DNA from: Phoronis australis
Lineage: Eukaryota; Animalia; Phoronida
DNA length: 64,000 nt
Assembly (NCBI GenBank): GCA_002633005.1
Contig: NMRA01000289.1
Coordinates: 339,739 to 403,738 of the forward strand
Reading direction: 5' to 3'
Position numbers and translations under genes: made by a program. The first letter of the stretch is position 1. Every line of letters starts with the position of its first letter. Positions 12,467 through 25,143 of this stretch are shown piece after piece. The notes beneath the pieces are model-generated. The model was given only the letters and a program-made list of their open reading frames with translations. It was not told the origin of the DNA and did no database searches.

Positions 12467-13121
12467 AACAAGAGCAACGCGGAGCGTTGAAATGCGCCCA
12501 CGAATATACCGGAAATGGTGTGCTTCTAGAGTTGTTCATGAATATTATCATAAAAATGGCCACTAGATGGCGCAAAACATCTAATCCATCTCAAAAGGGA
12601 ACATGGCATCACTTCTTTAATAGAAAGCTAGTTACCAAATTTCATAAAAATCTGTCAAAAAATTCCGAGAAACAAGGGAAAACGGAAATACATGAAAATG
12701 CCACTAGAAGGAACAGAGTCCGTCTCAATGTTGTCGTCTGTTGTAAACTTCATATAAATACACTTACTAAGTTTAATAAAGATCTTGCAGTGGGTTTAGG
12801 AGATACAGCTATGGCCGAAAAACAAAACAAAACTACCATTAGGAGGTGCCACAGTAATCAAAGTTGTCAGCGTAACCGTCCTCTTCACACTGAGAACATA
12901 AACTAGTGCGCCTATTTTCGAAATCATCCTTAGAATGTTTTGGTTGATAGAGGTGTGGACACTAAAAAACAGACTCCAAAACAGTAAAAATGTTAACTTA
13001 CGTCGTGCAAAATTCTACCCATCCAAAAATGGGAGGATAGTGTCACCTCAACAATACATGCCTTAATATTCCAAATTTTAGGAAACTCCGTTGGGGACCT
13101 TTGCATATACAGAGGTAAACA
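12467..13121 (-). mobile_element. Second, truncated and diverged HINE copy
   Basis: Starts AACAAGAGCAACGCGGAGCGTTGAAATGCGCCCAC; about one diverged repeat unit; palindromic end missing. Confidence 0.8.
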
Positions 13122-14409
13122 TCATTTACTATGTAAACCAACACTGCGTGTATTATCTTACTCGAAATATGGAGTACATTTGCCTGCGTGAGAGTAGTTC
13201 ACTTCTATCATTTTGCTTGGTAGACGGTGCTTTTGTAAACATGGTGGCTCGCGATTTCTGGTTTATAGGCAGTTCTATTGCATTTTTGAATCAATGTAAA
13301 TGTTACTGAACAACTGTTATAAATGTGGACTCAGATCAATATCCGAACCGGGGATCTAACCTGAACCAGCTATGTACGCCTGTACGGTGGTACTTGCTTA
13401 AAAGTGAGTTAAAAGGAGTCTGAATTGAAGATAAATTGGTGATTTTCGACACATCACTGTGACTGGCCACTTGGACTTCGACTTCAGAATTCAGTCTTAT
13501 CACACACAACTACTTTGGAAACAAGTCCGATATAATGTTCCCTCATGCTGGTTTTGAGAATTACGCTATCAATATGTTGCAATAACTTCAGTGCAGGTTC
13601 ACTAGTTATACCTCACGGAATCAGACTGTTAGTGTTAGCCAGATGGAACACGGTCAGTGACAGCAAATGTCTAGACTTGACCAGGCGAATACACGTGTTG
13701 TTAGTCACTTTATACTAGGGAAAAAATGGGAAACCAACAACAAGACAAGGACATGGTCGAACAATGTTAAATGTAACAACTGAATAATATTCCTTAATTA
13801 TTCAGTGGATTAGATAGTGACCATCGTCTCTAGCTGGCCCCAGTAAAGACAGTGAAGCACCTCTGAGAGTTTCAATTGATAGATTTTCGGTGACTTGATG
13901 CCTCACACAGATTAAAACATCAAAGTCATGTTGTTTAAGTACCTCTTGCTCATAAAGGGACACCTTAGGTACCCATTGATGTCTTTAATTTCTTCCAACA
14001 AATACTCCTGTAATGTAACTTTTTCAACAATCAATCCTTCGTTCAGTTGCCCAAATCATCAACTGGCCAGTTTTACACCGCGCCCACCTATTTTTACCAC
14101 GCCCACCAGTGTGAGGGATAATTCGTCTTAAATCTTCTGGCGTATGTTACTATCAGTAGATGAAACTTGTTATCCATGTCAGGGACCATTATATCCAAGC
14201 AGAGTCATATTATGTAATTCTGTAACTATAGAATTTCTGCAAAAGGATAATTAAACATATTTCCCATCTGCAGTACTAAAATTGATCAGCTCGATTAAAA
14301 TTTTACAGGCGTAAGTCAACTCACTTGAACACAGATAATTCTAAGAGGCACATCAGTCATGCTAGTAAAAATTGAAAGCCTTTGCTATTTACATCTATTT
14401 TAATTTCAG

Positions 14410-15190
14410 ATGGTGAACTGTAGTACTTCACTGAAAAAGGCAAAGTCAAAGACATGCATATTATGTGGCAAACTCTTATACTCTGACTCCCACGCACACA
14501 AAGTTAAAAAAGCTGCATTAAAGCAGACGTACTTGGATTTTTATGAACTCGTTTACATTCAATTTGACAATGATTTGCTGGACACTAGGCCTGTGTTTAT
14601 CTGCAGCTCATGCATTCCGTTTTGTTCAAAACTCATACAGCTGCAGAAATCCGCAAGAATGGATTTCAGCATTCTCATTGCTCAGTCTGAAGATAGACAG
14701 AAACATGTACTAATTGGTTCGCCATCTGTTTCCAAGACGCCAACAGGAGCAAAGAGATTGTTAAATTTTGAGTTCGAGTTAGTTGACCATGGGTATTCAG
14801 TATCTAAGGTTTATCAACAATCCAACCCGTTCCTGTCAAACGTGTCTAAAGACTCAACTGAGCACCTTGATCGGAAACTGTTGTTTAAAATCAGTACATC
14901 TTTGAATGATCTTTGCAAGACTTCAGAAAAAAGTGTGCTTAGATTTCCCATGAGGGACCTGGATGACAAGCCGCTTCTTAGGAAAATTGTGAAAGAAGTG
15001 GAAAATCGTCCAAATGGGCTACCACTTCTGTGTGTCATTCACTTCATATTGCTGTGACTAAGGGAATGACTTCTCTGTAGCCATAATCTATGGGATACAT
15101 GTAGATGTTTGCCAAAAAGCCTCAACTCTGTGCCGTACCGAGGCTATTTCTGCTGCGACAGTATTCGTCATCATGTTGGCAATGGCGTAT
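14410..15190 (+). pseudogene. Transposase-associated ORF relic with N-terminal C2-C2 zinc finger
   Basis: 215-aa ORF 14410-15057: CILCG-x~34-DLLDTRPVFICSSC (Chapa/RAG1-N-terminal-like spacing), then KSVLR..KIVKEV..P.L. Frameshifted continuation AIIYG..KPQLCAVPRL. Confidence 0.5.
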
Positions 15191-16703
15191 GTTTGAACAT
15201 TTTTCGGATGGCTCACATTTATAGCTTATAATTGTTTTTAACATATTTTTAGCAAAGGTGACATAGTTGATGACAGCAATTAGATCCGTGATATATTACA
15301 TTAAAAATTCTCCAGATGGAGACAGCCTCCTAAATTCAGAACACAGAAATCATGGCTAATATTTAATTTTTTCATCCTGAAGTTTGAGGCGTGAGTGATT
15401 TGTATATTTCATACTTTTCAAATTCCTAACGCTATGTTGTAGCATAATAGGTTGCAAGAATACTCCTGTGAGTTAAAAAGTGGCTCTCATGACAAACATT
15501 TAATAAATTGTTACCATTTCCTTGAATTTCTGACAATTGTGTGAATTTCTAAAAATTGGGACAAGCTCCGACTTTGTTCAAAATAATTATTCACTGTCCC
15601 AAACAAGAGAATTTTTGCGTAATCAATTTTTGAAATTCAGTGTGTAGATAACTGTAAAACTGATGGATGACTGCTCTTGTTTATAAAAGGTTCTGCTTTA
15701 AAAATAAGGTTGTAAAAGTGATGACAATTTATTGTTTAGTTTTTGATCTTTAGTGATGATGTGGTAGTTTACGCCAGGTATAAAAATGTCAGTGATGAAA
15801 GGTAGAAATCATAAATGACAACAGATATCAATAGTCCATTTCAGTTAATGACTCTGAAGCAGATAATAGTGGCAGTACCACAGTGTGGTTAAAGAATCAT
15901 GACATAATGCTTTTGATTTAAAAATCTTGAGGGACTTTCTGATATGTAAGCTATGACTGTTTTTTATTCACAAGAAATGATCAAAGAATTATATTTTATT
16001 GGTTAAAGATGGATACATACCAAGGGAACGTGTCCCATGTGATAAAATGTTATTGTTTACATAATAAAAAATGTTTTGGGAAAAATAAATGTTTTAACGA
16101 TATAATGAAATGTTACAATTGTGTCTTTAGCACCTAACGTCAATGTATAATACAGGATTACTTTTACATAAACATTTAAAATGTTATAGATTTTGGATTT
16201 CCTATACATAGCTAAGGTTAAGAATACGTGCCTACATGATGTTCTCTGCATATTTGTTGCTTTGATAACACTATCACTGATGGTGTTACCCTATCAAACA
16301 TCAAAAATTAAAGGGCAAATTTGACAGTAAATAACCCATGAAAATCTTATTTTAATGATGTGGATTTCTGACTCTGTCCCAATTTTTTACTTCAGGGTGA
16401 CCTAAGGTGGGCTGCTGGGTTCCTTACAAGTATATTCCAGGTTGTCGTGTCTCTTGGGAGGCATTTTTATTTAGTGCATCTGCATTGAATAAAATTTTGT
16501 TTTTAATTATTTTTGGCAGCTTTCCCAGATTTCCATGAAACTTTCAGGCTCACATTTGGAAATCCTGGGTATTAGTAAAGGCATAAAAATTGGTGCTGTG
16601 AAACCTGTTGTGATAAGAATAGATGTTTGAAAGTGTCTGCATTAAACTCACCATTCATAACACAATGTGTCCTTCGTTGATTACCACAATTGCCACATTG
16701 TAA

Positions 16704-16765
16704 GCTAAATCCTTGTTTTGGAAGCTAATTCCTTGTTTTGGAAGCTAATTCCTTGTTTTGGAAGC
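16704..16765 (+). repeat. 20-bp tandem repeat x3
   Basis: GCTAA(A/T)TCCTTGTTTTGGAA repeated three times. Confidence 0.9.
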
Positions 16766-16999
16766 GTTTCACACTATCACTTGCCAGAGCCTCAGGGTTA
16801 GCATACAATACTTAATAATTTCCTTTAATTATATCACTAATTGGAACACATACGCGGATTTAGGGGGGGGGGGGGGCAGGGGCTGCCGCAAGCAAACTGA
16901 AACAGCAAAAGCGCGATGCGTGAGGAAATATAACTAGGACCGGTACTGGAGAAGGGGGGGACTCAGACCCCAGATCCGTTGTTGGGCTCCCCCCCTTAT

Positions 17000-18866
17000 C
17001 CCGGGTGAGAATTTTACACGTTCGACACGCTTTTGAGCGTGTCAAACGTGTCAAACGTGTAAAAAAACGTGTAATACGTGTCAAAATTGCCACGTTAACA
17101 TGTAAAACGTGTAAAAACATGACACGCTAGCGTGTCAAACGCGGAAAATTTGCCACGTTAGCGTGTCAAACGTGTAAAATTTGCCACGTTAGCGTGTCAA
17201 ACGTGTAAAATTTGCCACGTTAGCGTGTCAAACGTGTAAAATTTGACACGTTAGCGTGTCAAACGTGTAAAATTTGACACGCTAGCGTGTCAAACGTGTA
17301 AAGTTTGCCACGTTAGCGTGTCAAACGTGTAAAGTTTGACACGCTAGCATATCAAACGTGTAAAATGTGACACGCTACGGTGTCAAACATGTAAAATTTT
17401 AAACGCTAGCATGTCGAACGTGTAAAATATGATAGAACTCTTCAATAAAGATACAATTTAAATAGGCTTGGCAGTTTTGAAAAGGCCACTGGGAGGTAAT
17501 CACCCAATTTGAATGATTAAACATGTTCCCTTATAACATCAAAGAGTTTGCAACAAAAGTTTTCACTGCCTATTCAAATATCCAAATACTGAGTTAGAGT
17601 TGGTTTAGCTGTCAGAGAGTGCAGTCCTCTCAGGAGAGCACTTATGAAGTATGGTTTTCAAGTGTGGTGCAGCTCTAACAGAAGTTTAGTATGTATATAC
17701 TCTGGTTGACAGTGGCTTGATAAACTTTTCTTGCAAATGGTCCTTCTTTTTACAGGTAAGTTTGATTGTAACAGAAAACAAGAGTCAGTAGAAACTGTTG
17801 ACTATGCAGTTAAATATATGAAGTTGGAACGCCTCTCATCTTCAGTAGTATATCAATTCATAATATTGTTGTTATTGGATCAACTCACATTTTGTGTCAG
17901 CTTGAATGAGGATAAGACATTGTGTGTAGAGGTTTGCAAAATCAACATGAACTCAATGTTATGACAAACGTTGAATCACTCTTGGTAATTCAAAGGTGTT
18001 ACAAAGTGCGTATGTTCTTTACTTCATAAACTGTCTTCAAGCAACTGGCCTGACTCAAAAGCTTAGACTTATGTGCATATATATAGCAGCTTAAGCACTT
18101 CAAATTTGTATGCTGAACCATTTTCTTATTTCTGTGTTAATGTTATTCTATATGAAATGAAATTTAGTGACAACAGTATGTGGTAAGAGTTGGATAGTTA
18201 CATTATCCTTTTAATGATTCTATATCATTATCACATTTTGGATTATTTACATCAACAGTAACAATAAACTGTGACTTAAAGAAGAAATCCCTTTATACAT
18301 TTGCTTTCAGTATGGATTCCCATGGTGGATGGTGAGCTGCTATAAACAAGAACATTATGGCTTGTACACGGCCTCAGGCTAAATGTAGGGTCGCTACCAT
18401 GGCAATGACACAGATTACAAGCTAGCGTGTCAAAAGCGCCACGTTTGACACGCTAGTGTGTCAAAAGTGCCACGTTTTTGCCACGTTTTGGCACGCCACG
18501 TTTGACACGCTATCGCCACGTTTTACACGCTCATCGCCACGTTCGACACGCTAGTGTGTCAAAAGTGCCACGTTTTTGCCACGTTTTGGCACGCCACGTT
18601 CGACACGCTATCGCCACGTTTTACACGCTTATCGCCACGTATGACACGCTAAGCGTGTCAAACGTGGAGTATTGGAACGAAAATTACACGTTTTTGACAC
18701 GTTCTTGACACGTTCTTGACACGTTTGACACGCTACATTTTACACGTTTGACACGCTACATTTTACACGTTTGACACGCCACGTTTTACACGTTCGACAC
18801 GTTTTTAGAGCGTTCCAATACTCCATGTTTTTAGAGCGTGTCAAACGTGTCAAATTCTCACCCCGA
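17000..18866 (+). mobile_element. Non-autonomous TIR element with CCCGGGTGAGAA termini and palindromic subterminal arrays (EnSpm/CMC-like), copy 1
   Basis: CCCGGGTGAGAATTTTACACG ... CGTGTCAAATTCTCACCCCGA; 31-bp repeat array at 17120-17430; possible AT TSD; nested in a short GCGGAT..GATCCACCACTG element (16849-18889). Confidence 0.8.
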
Positions 18867-19489
18867 ATGGTATCCTAGATCCACCACTGTTAGTGCACGG
18901 CAAAGATCTACTCAAACGTTTGGTGAACTACAGGGCTGATAAGCAAACAAATTGCAGTTCAGTGTGGGAACGTCAAAAGCACAATTAGCTGAGTGTCAAC
19001 TGTGCTTCTTCTGTTAGTTTTATTTTAATCGCACAGTGAATCTTTTATGTTCACTTAGTGATAGCTAAACCGTTTCAATGATGTTTTTCATTTTAAAATT
19101 GCTTCAAATAATACTACAGGTACTCCAATATTGTCCGCTTTCGTCGCGATTATTACTCGGGGATTCCATTGACAGGTACTTCCCCAAGTACGCATGACAA
19201 GGGAAATAAGTCTTTATTTTGATACATAAACGAGTCGACAAATACGGATTTTCTCATATACAAGGGTTATAATTACCATTTTTAAGAACTTAATCCTAAC
19301 TGCTACAAAACTCATTCAAATTACAACAATGATGAAACGTTTTTCTGCGGTTTATTTGGCGCGGATACAAACCGATATGATCTCGCGAGATCTAGTCTCA
19401 TCACCCGTATTTCGCGACATTTTGTACATGTGATGTGCCATATGTGAAAGACTAGTCGCTAACCGACTAGAGCGACGTCATTGTGAAAA

Positions 19490-20047
19490 TGAGGTAAACA
19501 TAAAAAAGTAAAATTGCCACTAGGGGGGACACTGGTGGTCAGATCCATGCGAATGTCATCGTTTGTTGTCAAAATCATATTAATACACTTGCTAAATTTA
19601 GTAAAGATCCTGCAAATGGTGAAAAAAATAAACCGCATAATCAAAACAAAGTGAACTGAAAGCTGCGTGTGACTGAAGTTACAACGGTATTCGAAAATCT
19701 CGAATAATTCAAAAAGTAGACGTCGTAGCGCAAAATGAAAATTATCATCTGAAAGCCCGTTCAAAACTCTATCTAAAGTGGTAGTTGTCATACACGATAA
19801 CATTCATGTGACTAGCAAAAAATCAAATAGAGAGCATACAATCAACTACAATAAAGAACAATAGATGGCGCAACATGACGGACGAGCCATGCTTTAAAGT
19901 AGGACAGTGCTGGCTGGGTCAGTCTGGGTCAACTAGGCATAACCAAAACAAAGTGAACTGAAAGCCAGCCACCGGCGCGCTTGCATAGGGACAACGGTAT
20001 CCGAAAATCTCGAATAATTCAAAAAGTAGACGTCGTAGCGCAAAATG
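19490..20047. repeat. HINE repeat-unit fragment plus a ~305-bp-period duplication running into the gap
   Basis: 19490-19620 matches the HINE unit (GCCACTAGGGGGACAC..AAAGATCCTGCAAA); 19637-19738 is repeated at 19938-20047. Confidence 0.65.
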
Positions 20048-21149
20048 NNNNNNNNNNNNNNNNNNNNNNNNNNNNNNNNNNNNNNNNNNNNNNNNNNNNN
20101 NNNNNNNNNNNNNNNNNNNNNNNNNNNNNNNNNNNNNNNNNNNNNNNNNNNNNNNNNNNNNNNNNNNNNNNNNNNNNNNNNNNNNNNNNNNNNNNNNNNN
20201 NNNNNNNNNNNNNNNNNNNNNNNNNNNNNNNNNNNNNNNNNNNNNNNNNNNNNNNNNNNNNNNNNNNNNNNNNNNNNNNNNNNNNNNNNNNNNNNNNNNN
20301 NNNNNNNNNNNNNNNNNNNNNNNNNNNNNNNNNNNNNNNNNNNNNNNNNNNNNNNNNNNNNNNNNNNNNNNNNNNNNNNNNNNNNNNNNNNNNNNNNNNN
20401 NNNNNNNNNNNNNNNNNNNNNNNNNNNNNNNNNNNNNNNNNNNNNNNNNNNNNNNNNNNNNNNNNNNNNNNNNNNNNNNNNNNNNNNNNNNNNNNNNNNN
20501 NNNNNNNNNNNNNNNNNNNNNNNNNNNNNNNNNNNNNNNNNNNNNNNNNNNNNNNNNNNNNNNNNNNNNNNNNNNNNNNNNNNNNNNNNNNNNNNNNNNN
20601 NNNNNNNNNNNNNNNNNNNNNNNNNNNNNNNNNNNNNNNNNNNNNNNNNNNNNNNNNNNNNNNNNNNNNNNNNNNNNNNNNNNNNNNNNNNNNNNNNNNN
20701 NNNNNNNNNNNNNNNNNNNNNNNNNNNNNNNNNNNNNNNNNNNNNNNNGCTTGAAATGTAGAGCTTGTTACACTCAATCCGTTACTCCAGTGTCAACTAC
20801 ATGCCCGTAAACACAAACTGAGGCAAGACAGAAGGGAACATCTAATGCACAATAGCATATATCATTGAAGTTCTTACGCAAAAATGTATCATATTCATTA
20901 CACCATATCTTAAATGTCAATTGTCATATAGTGTTTGATTTTACCTTATTTCTGTTTCTGTTGACAAAGGACGTTATTACATCCAAAAATTTCAATCGAT
21001 CCATTCTGGTTGTTTTATTTACCTATTTATATTCTACATTTCGTGAAACAATAGTATCCTTGGGAGGATCTGGATCGCCTTATTTAGCTTCAGATTTATT
21101 TTCTATGTTATTCAATTTGAACAAATACTCTGGTAATTAAGATTTCTTT

Positions 21150-21965
21150 CCGATACATCATTTTGCCCGGGAATGAAAGGTGCGGCCTTAGCAGCCAAGT
21201 TTTGAGCGATAGCGATCCTAATGTCCCCAGTGTCATGCAATGGCTTATCGTCTTAGAATAGAGGTTGGCCTCGATGTGATGAAAAAATTTATATGCGATA
21301 CATTCCCGCAGTGATATCACACTCAGCAAATATGGCTCAGTCACAGTCATGTTGACACATGAAGTGACATGTCAGAAGGAAACCTTGATTCCAAAAGTAT
21401 CTGTTCAAGTTGGAATGATCTAAAGACCTTGACGGCCTCCTGAGAAATCCCTCTATGCTTAAATGGTACTCATTCTAGGCTCGGCTATTCAGTATCCACA
21501 GGGGGTAATAAAACTTCTCAGCCAGGACCATAAACCTTTTGTTAAAGATGCTATGTCTCAATAAATTGAGAATATGCAAATGAAGTATTAGTTTACAAGC
21601 AATCCCGGGTATTGCGGTGTGCCAGAAACCATCCGAGAACCAGTTACCATACCAATCTCATGAAAGTCTCGTTTTGCCAGATTATCTTCATGTAAATGAG
21701 TATGGTAATATTTCATTGTGACCCTAATGAAACAAGGCACCGTGACAATTTGGTACATTGGGTAATAATGCTGATTTAAAATATGTTCCGACTGTAAACA
21801 AGTCCAAACTAATTCTAATGAGAAAGCAGCTTTACACAGGCCAACTAGGACAGTTGTATAATAAGGGCATGGAGTACACAAATAACTACTTTCACTGACC
21901 TTGCATATCAATTTCAAAAGGCAGGTGGTATGACGTCATATCCCCTATAGTGTGAAAATGGCAAG
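21150..21965 (-). pseudogene. Highly degraded RecQ-like SF2 helicase remnants
   Basis: Minus-strand fragments in the expected order: LAIFT/MTSYHLPFEID (motif I region), VVICVLHALIIQ (Ia-like), TDTFGIKV (V-like), EPYLLSV (VI region). Many stops and frameshifts. Confidence 0.35.
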
Positions 21966-23477
21966 TTACCGATTTTGGGAACTGAATGAGTGACTGCTCA
22001 AAGACAAAGTTTGAAAACGGGAGTATTTGTTTGAGTTGGAAGGAATTAAATGCATCGACGGCCTCCTAAGGTGTCCCTCTATGAGCAAAAGGTATTTATA
22101 ACAACGTGACTTTGATGTTGTAGTCAGTGCGAGGCATAATTCACCAAAAAGCTTCCAGCGTATGAAGCACCTATAGTAGGAAATTACATCGCCCTGCAGG
22201 CATACTGGGCTATAGTATATCCCCACAAAAAGTTACGAATTTCAAAATACAGGGAATATAATCAAATGAAACATGCATATGCACATTTATGGTTGGAGGG
22301 TCAGCTCTCTTTTGTTCGATAATTGCTCTAATCTCCGATCAGATCGTATCTAGCCTGACGTTTAAGTGGGTTAGTTTCTGACCAGCTGTGCATCAGGTAG
22401 CGTCTCTATCGTCAACTAAACCTCTCAAGGAGACTCTGGCTTTTTGCCACATATAATCGGCTTGCAGAAAGTCCGCAAAATTCGGGTCGAGTGATAACAG
22501 GTAAGTTATATGGTTCTTTCAGTTATCAAAACTGGTGATACTTTCACTTTTACTCAAGCACCACTGCTTCCGTGCTCTGGCCATGGGTCGATTGCTACTG
22601 CCACCATGCCAGTAATAATAATAGACGACTTCGCTTACATGAACGTCTGTATTTTTGTAGAACAGCGACCGGAAAGACAGTAACCAAATAATACGTATGA
22701 ATAGTACAAAAATAATGGCGTTAAAACAATCCATTCAGCCAGGTTTCAGAACACTTTGAAGGCTGGGAGATCATTGGCCTGCTTGTTATCATACGGGACA
22801 AAAGACTGCGCTGGGCAGTTAACAAAGGAGCCAAATTGTATCGCACGTTCAGCACCCTCAGATCTGGAAAAGTTGCTGAACGACATTCAATGCTGTCATG
22901 GTTTCTCCTACCCATTTTACCGGGTACCATTTTGAGGAAGTTACATGAAATCCCTCATGTTGACAAATAAAAAGTCCAAGGCAAGGGACACATATCTTAC
23001 AAATTTCACCTGATACCCGTTCCATGCTAATTTGCAAGTGTCACGCGCCAGCATCATGCACTTTGCTCAGTCTCACGCTAACCTTTGCCTAACTCACGTG
23101 ACTCAATTGAAATATTTTGTGACTATCTTGCCAGTGGTGAAAAAGTTAACGGAGTCTATGCAAAAACGTTGAGTTGGAATTCTTTGCCAAAGTCACCTTA
23201 ATTCTCGTAATTAAAGGCTTCATCGAAGATATGTGTAGAAGTAGACAGGACCACTGAAGAAAGTAAGCACTTTTTAATTGATAGTTTTAAGTGTGGAATG
23301 TACGAGGTGAAAGGTGAAAACGGCCTAATCGGTGCCTTGATTTTGCTAAACTGCCCGCTTAAAATACATGGGATTTAATTCGTACAGAAAGCGGTAATGT
23401 AGCCCCTAACCGGCCAACAGAGGAGCTACGTGTTGCCTACGCCTAGTATAGGAGCTCCACTGTCTCTGCCTCTGGCG

Positions 23478-24377
23478 TAGGCAATGACCATCGCCTCTGT
23501 TGGCCCGAACCAGAGGCTATAGGCACTCTGTACGCCGGAAGCTTTTCGGTGAATTATGCCTCGCACCGACTAAACCATCAAAGTCACGTTGTTATAAATA
23601 CCTTTTGCGCATAAAGGAACACCTTAGGACGTTGTAGATTTGTTTAATTCCTTCCAACTCGAACACATACTCCCGTTATGAAACTTTTTCTTCGAGCAGT
23701 CCCTATTTCAGTTCCCAAAATCGTGAAATCAACTTCTTCATTTTTTTAACCAGGCCGAAGGTCAGAAGTTGCGGACCTACCGGCGAACTTTGAAAGCTGA
23801 AGTTCCCGCCCTTCGCGTACGTGCTGCTGGGACCAGCCGTACATTTGCCGTGTTGTTAAACATTAAAATGTCAAATATGTGCACAAAGACTATTAAATGT
23901 CATATCAACAGCATTTATTTTTATCAAATACTAACAATGATTCATTGAAATACAATCAGTTTCAAGTAACGCCAATTAAAGACAAGTATAAGTGGTGGCA
24001 TTTTGGACTCGAACATTTGACTGACAAGACCGCAATGGCTCACCTTTGGCCTATTTAGAGATTGAGGTCATGAATTCACATCACCTAGCAAGCGTGCGCA
24101 GTATAAAAATGGTGAGTTAACGATTTTGGGAACTGAAATAAGGACTGCTCGAAGAAAAAGTTTAATAATGGGAGTATTTGTTCCAGTTGGAAGGAATTAA
24201 ACACATCGACAACCTCCTCAGGTGTTCCTCTATGCGCAAAAGGTATTTATAACAACGTGACTTTGATGGTTTAGTCGGTGCGAGGCATAATTCGCCGAAA
24301 AGCTTCCGACGTACAGAGCGCCTATAGCCTCTGCATTGCCTCTAGATCGGGCCAACACAGGAGATGGTCATTGCCTA
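23478..24377 (+). mobile_element. Young non-autonomous foldback element with ~250-bp TIRs and 9-bp TSD (AcademH- or Mutator-like)
   Basis: CCTCTGGCG (23469-23477)|TAGGCAATGACCATC ... GATGGTCATTGCCTA|CCTCTGGCG (24378-24386). Arms 23478-23727 and ~24119-24377. Confidence 0.85.
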
Positions 24378-24420
24378 CCTCTGGCGGTGCCAGTAGAGCC
24401 CCGTGCCAGTGCCAGTGGCN

Positions 24421-25143
24421 TTAATTCCTTCCAACTCGAACAAATACTCCCGTTATGAAACTTTTTCTTCGAGCAGTCTCTATTTCAGTTCCCAAAATCG
24501 TGAACTCACCATTTTTATACTGCGCACGCTCCAATTCATGACCTCAATCTTTAAATAGGCCAAAGGTGAGCCATTGCGGTCTTGTCAGTCAAATGTTCGA
24601 GTCCAAAATGCCACCACTTATACTTGTCTTTAATTGGCGTTACTTGAAACTGATTGTATTTCAATGAATCATTGTTTGTATTTGATAAAAATAAATGCTG
24701 TTGATATGACATTTAACAGTCTTTGTGCACATATTTGACATTTTAATGTTTAACAACAAGGCAAATGCACGGCTGGTTCCCGGCAGCACGTACGCGAAGG
24801 GCGGGAACTTCAGCTTTCAAAGTTCGCCAGTAGGTCCGCAACTTCTGACCTTCGGCCTGGTTAAAAAAATGAAAAAGTTGATTTCACGATTTTGGGAACT
24901 GAAATAGGGTCTGCTCGAAGAAAAAGTTTCATAACGGGAGTATTTGTTCGAGTTGGAAGGAATTAAACACATCGACAACCTCCTAAGGTGTTCCTCTATG
25001 CGCAAAAAGTATTTAGAACAACGTGACTTTGATGGTTTAGTCGGTGCGAGGCAAAATTCGCCGAAAAGCTTCCGGCGTACAGAGCGCCCATAGCCTCTAC
25101 ATCGCCTCTGCTTCGGGTCAACAGAGGCGATGGTCATTGCCTA
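24421..25143 (-). mobile_element. Second copy of the foldback element, inverted, left end lost at N24420
   Basis: Spacer 24503-24885 is the reverse complement of 23727-24118; ends GGTCATTGCCTA with a different flank (CGGCTACAG). Confidence 0.8.

Larger units (their letters stand above)
13811..22195. mobile_element. Decayed putative autonomous AcademH-like DNA transposon with nested insertions
   Basis: Diverged left arm 13811-14060 (TAGATAGTGACCATCGTCTC) and right arm 21970-22195 are homologous to the TIRs of 23478-24377 and share variants with each other. They enclose a ZnF ORF (+) and RecQ-like helicase traces (-). Confidence 0.5.

Noticed and set aside
17120-17430. CRISPR-like palindromic 31-bp repeats (also 49160-49350)
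   Set aside because: Head-to-tail with no unique spacers, no cas genes, eukaryotic context; they are transposon subterminal repeats.
22700-22990. TILRKLHEIPH resembling a Gypsy integrase zinc-binding segment
   Set aside because: Too short, with no other supporting motifs.
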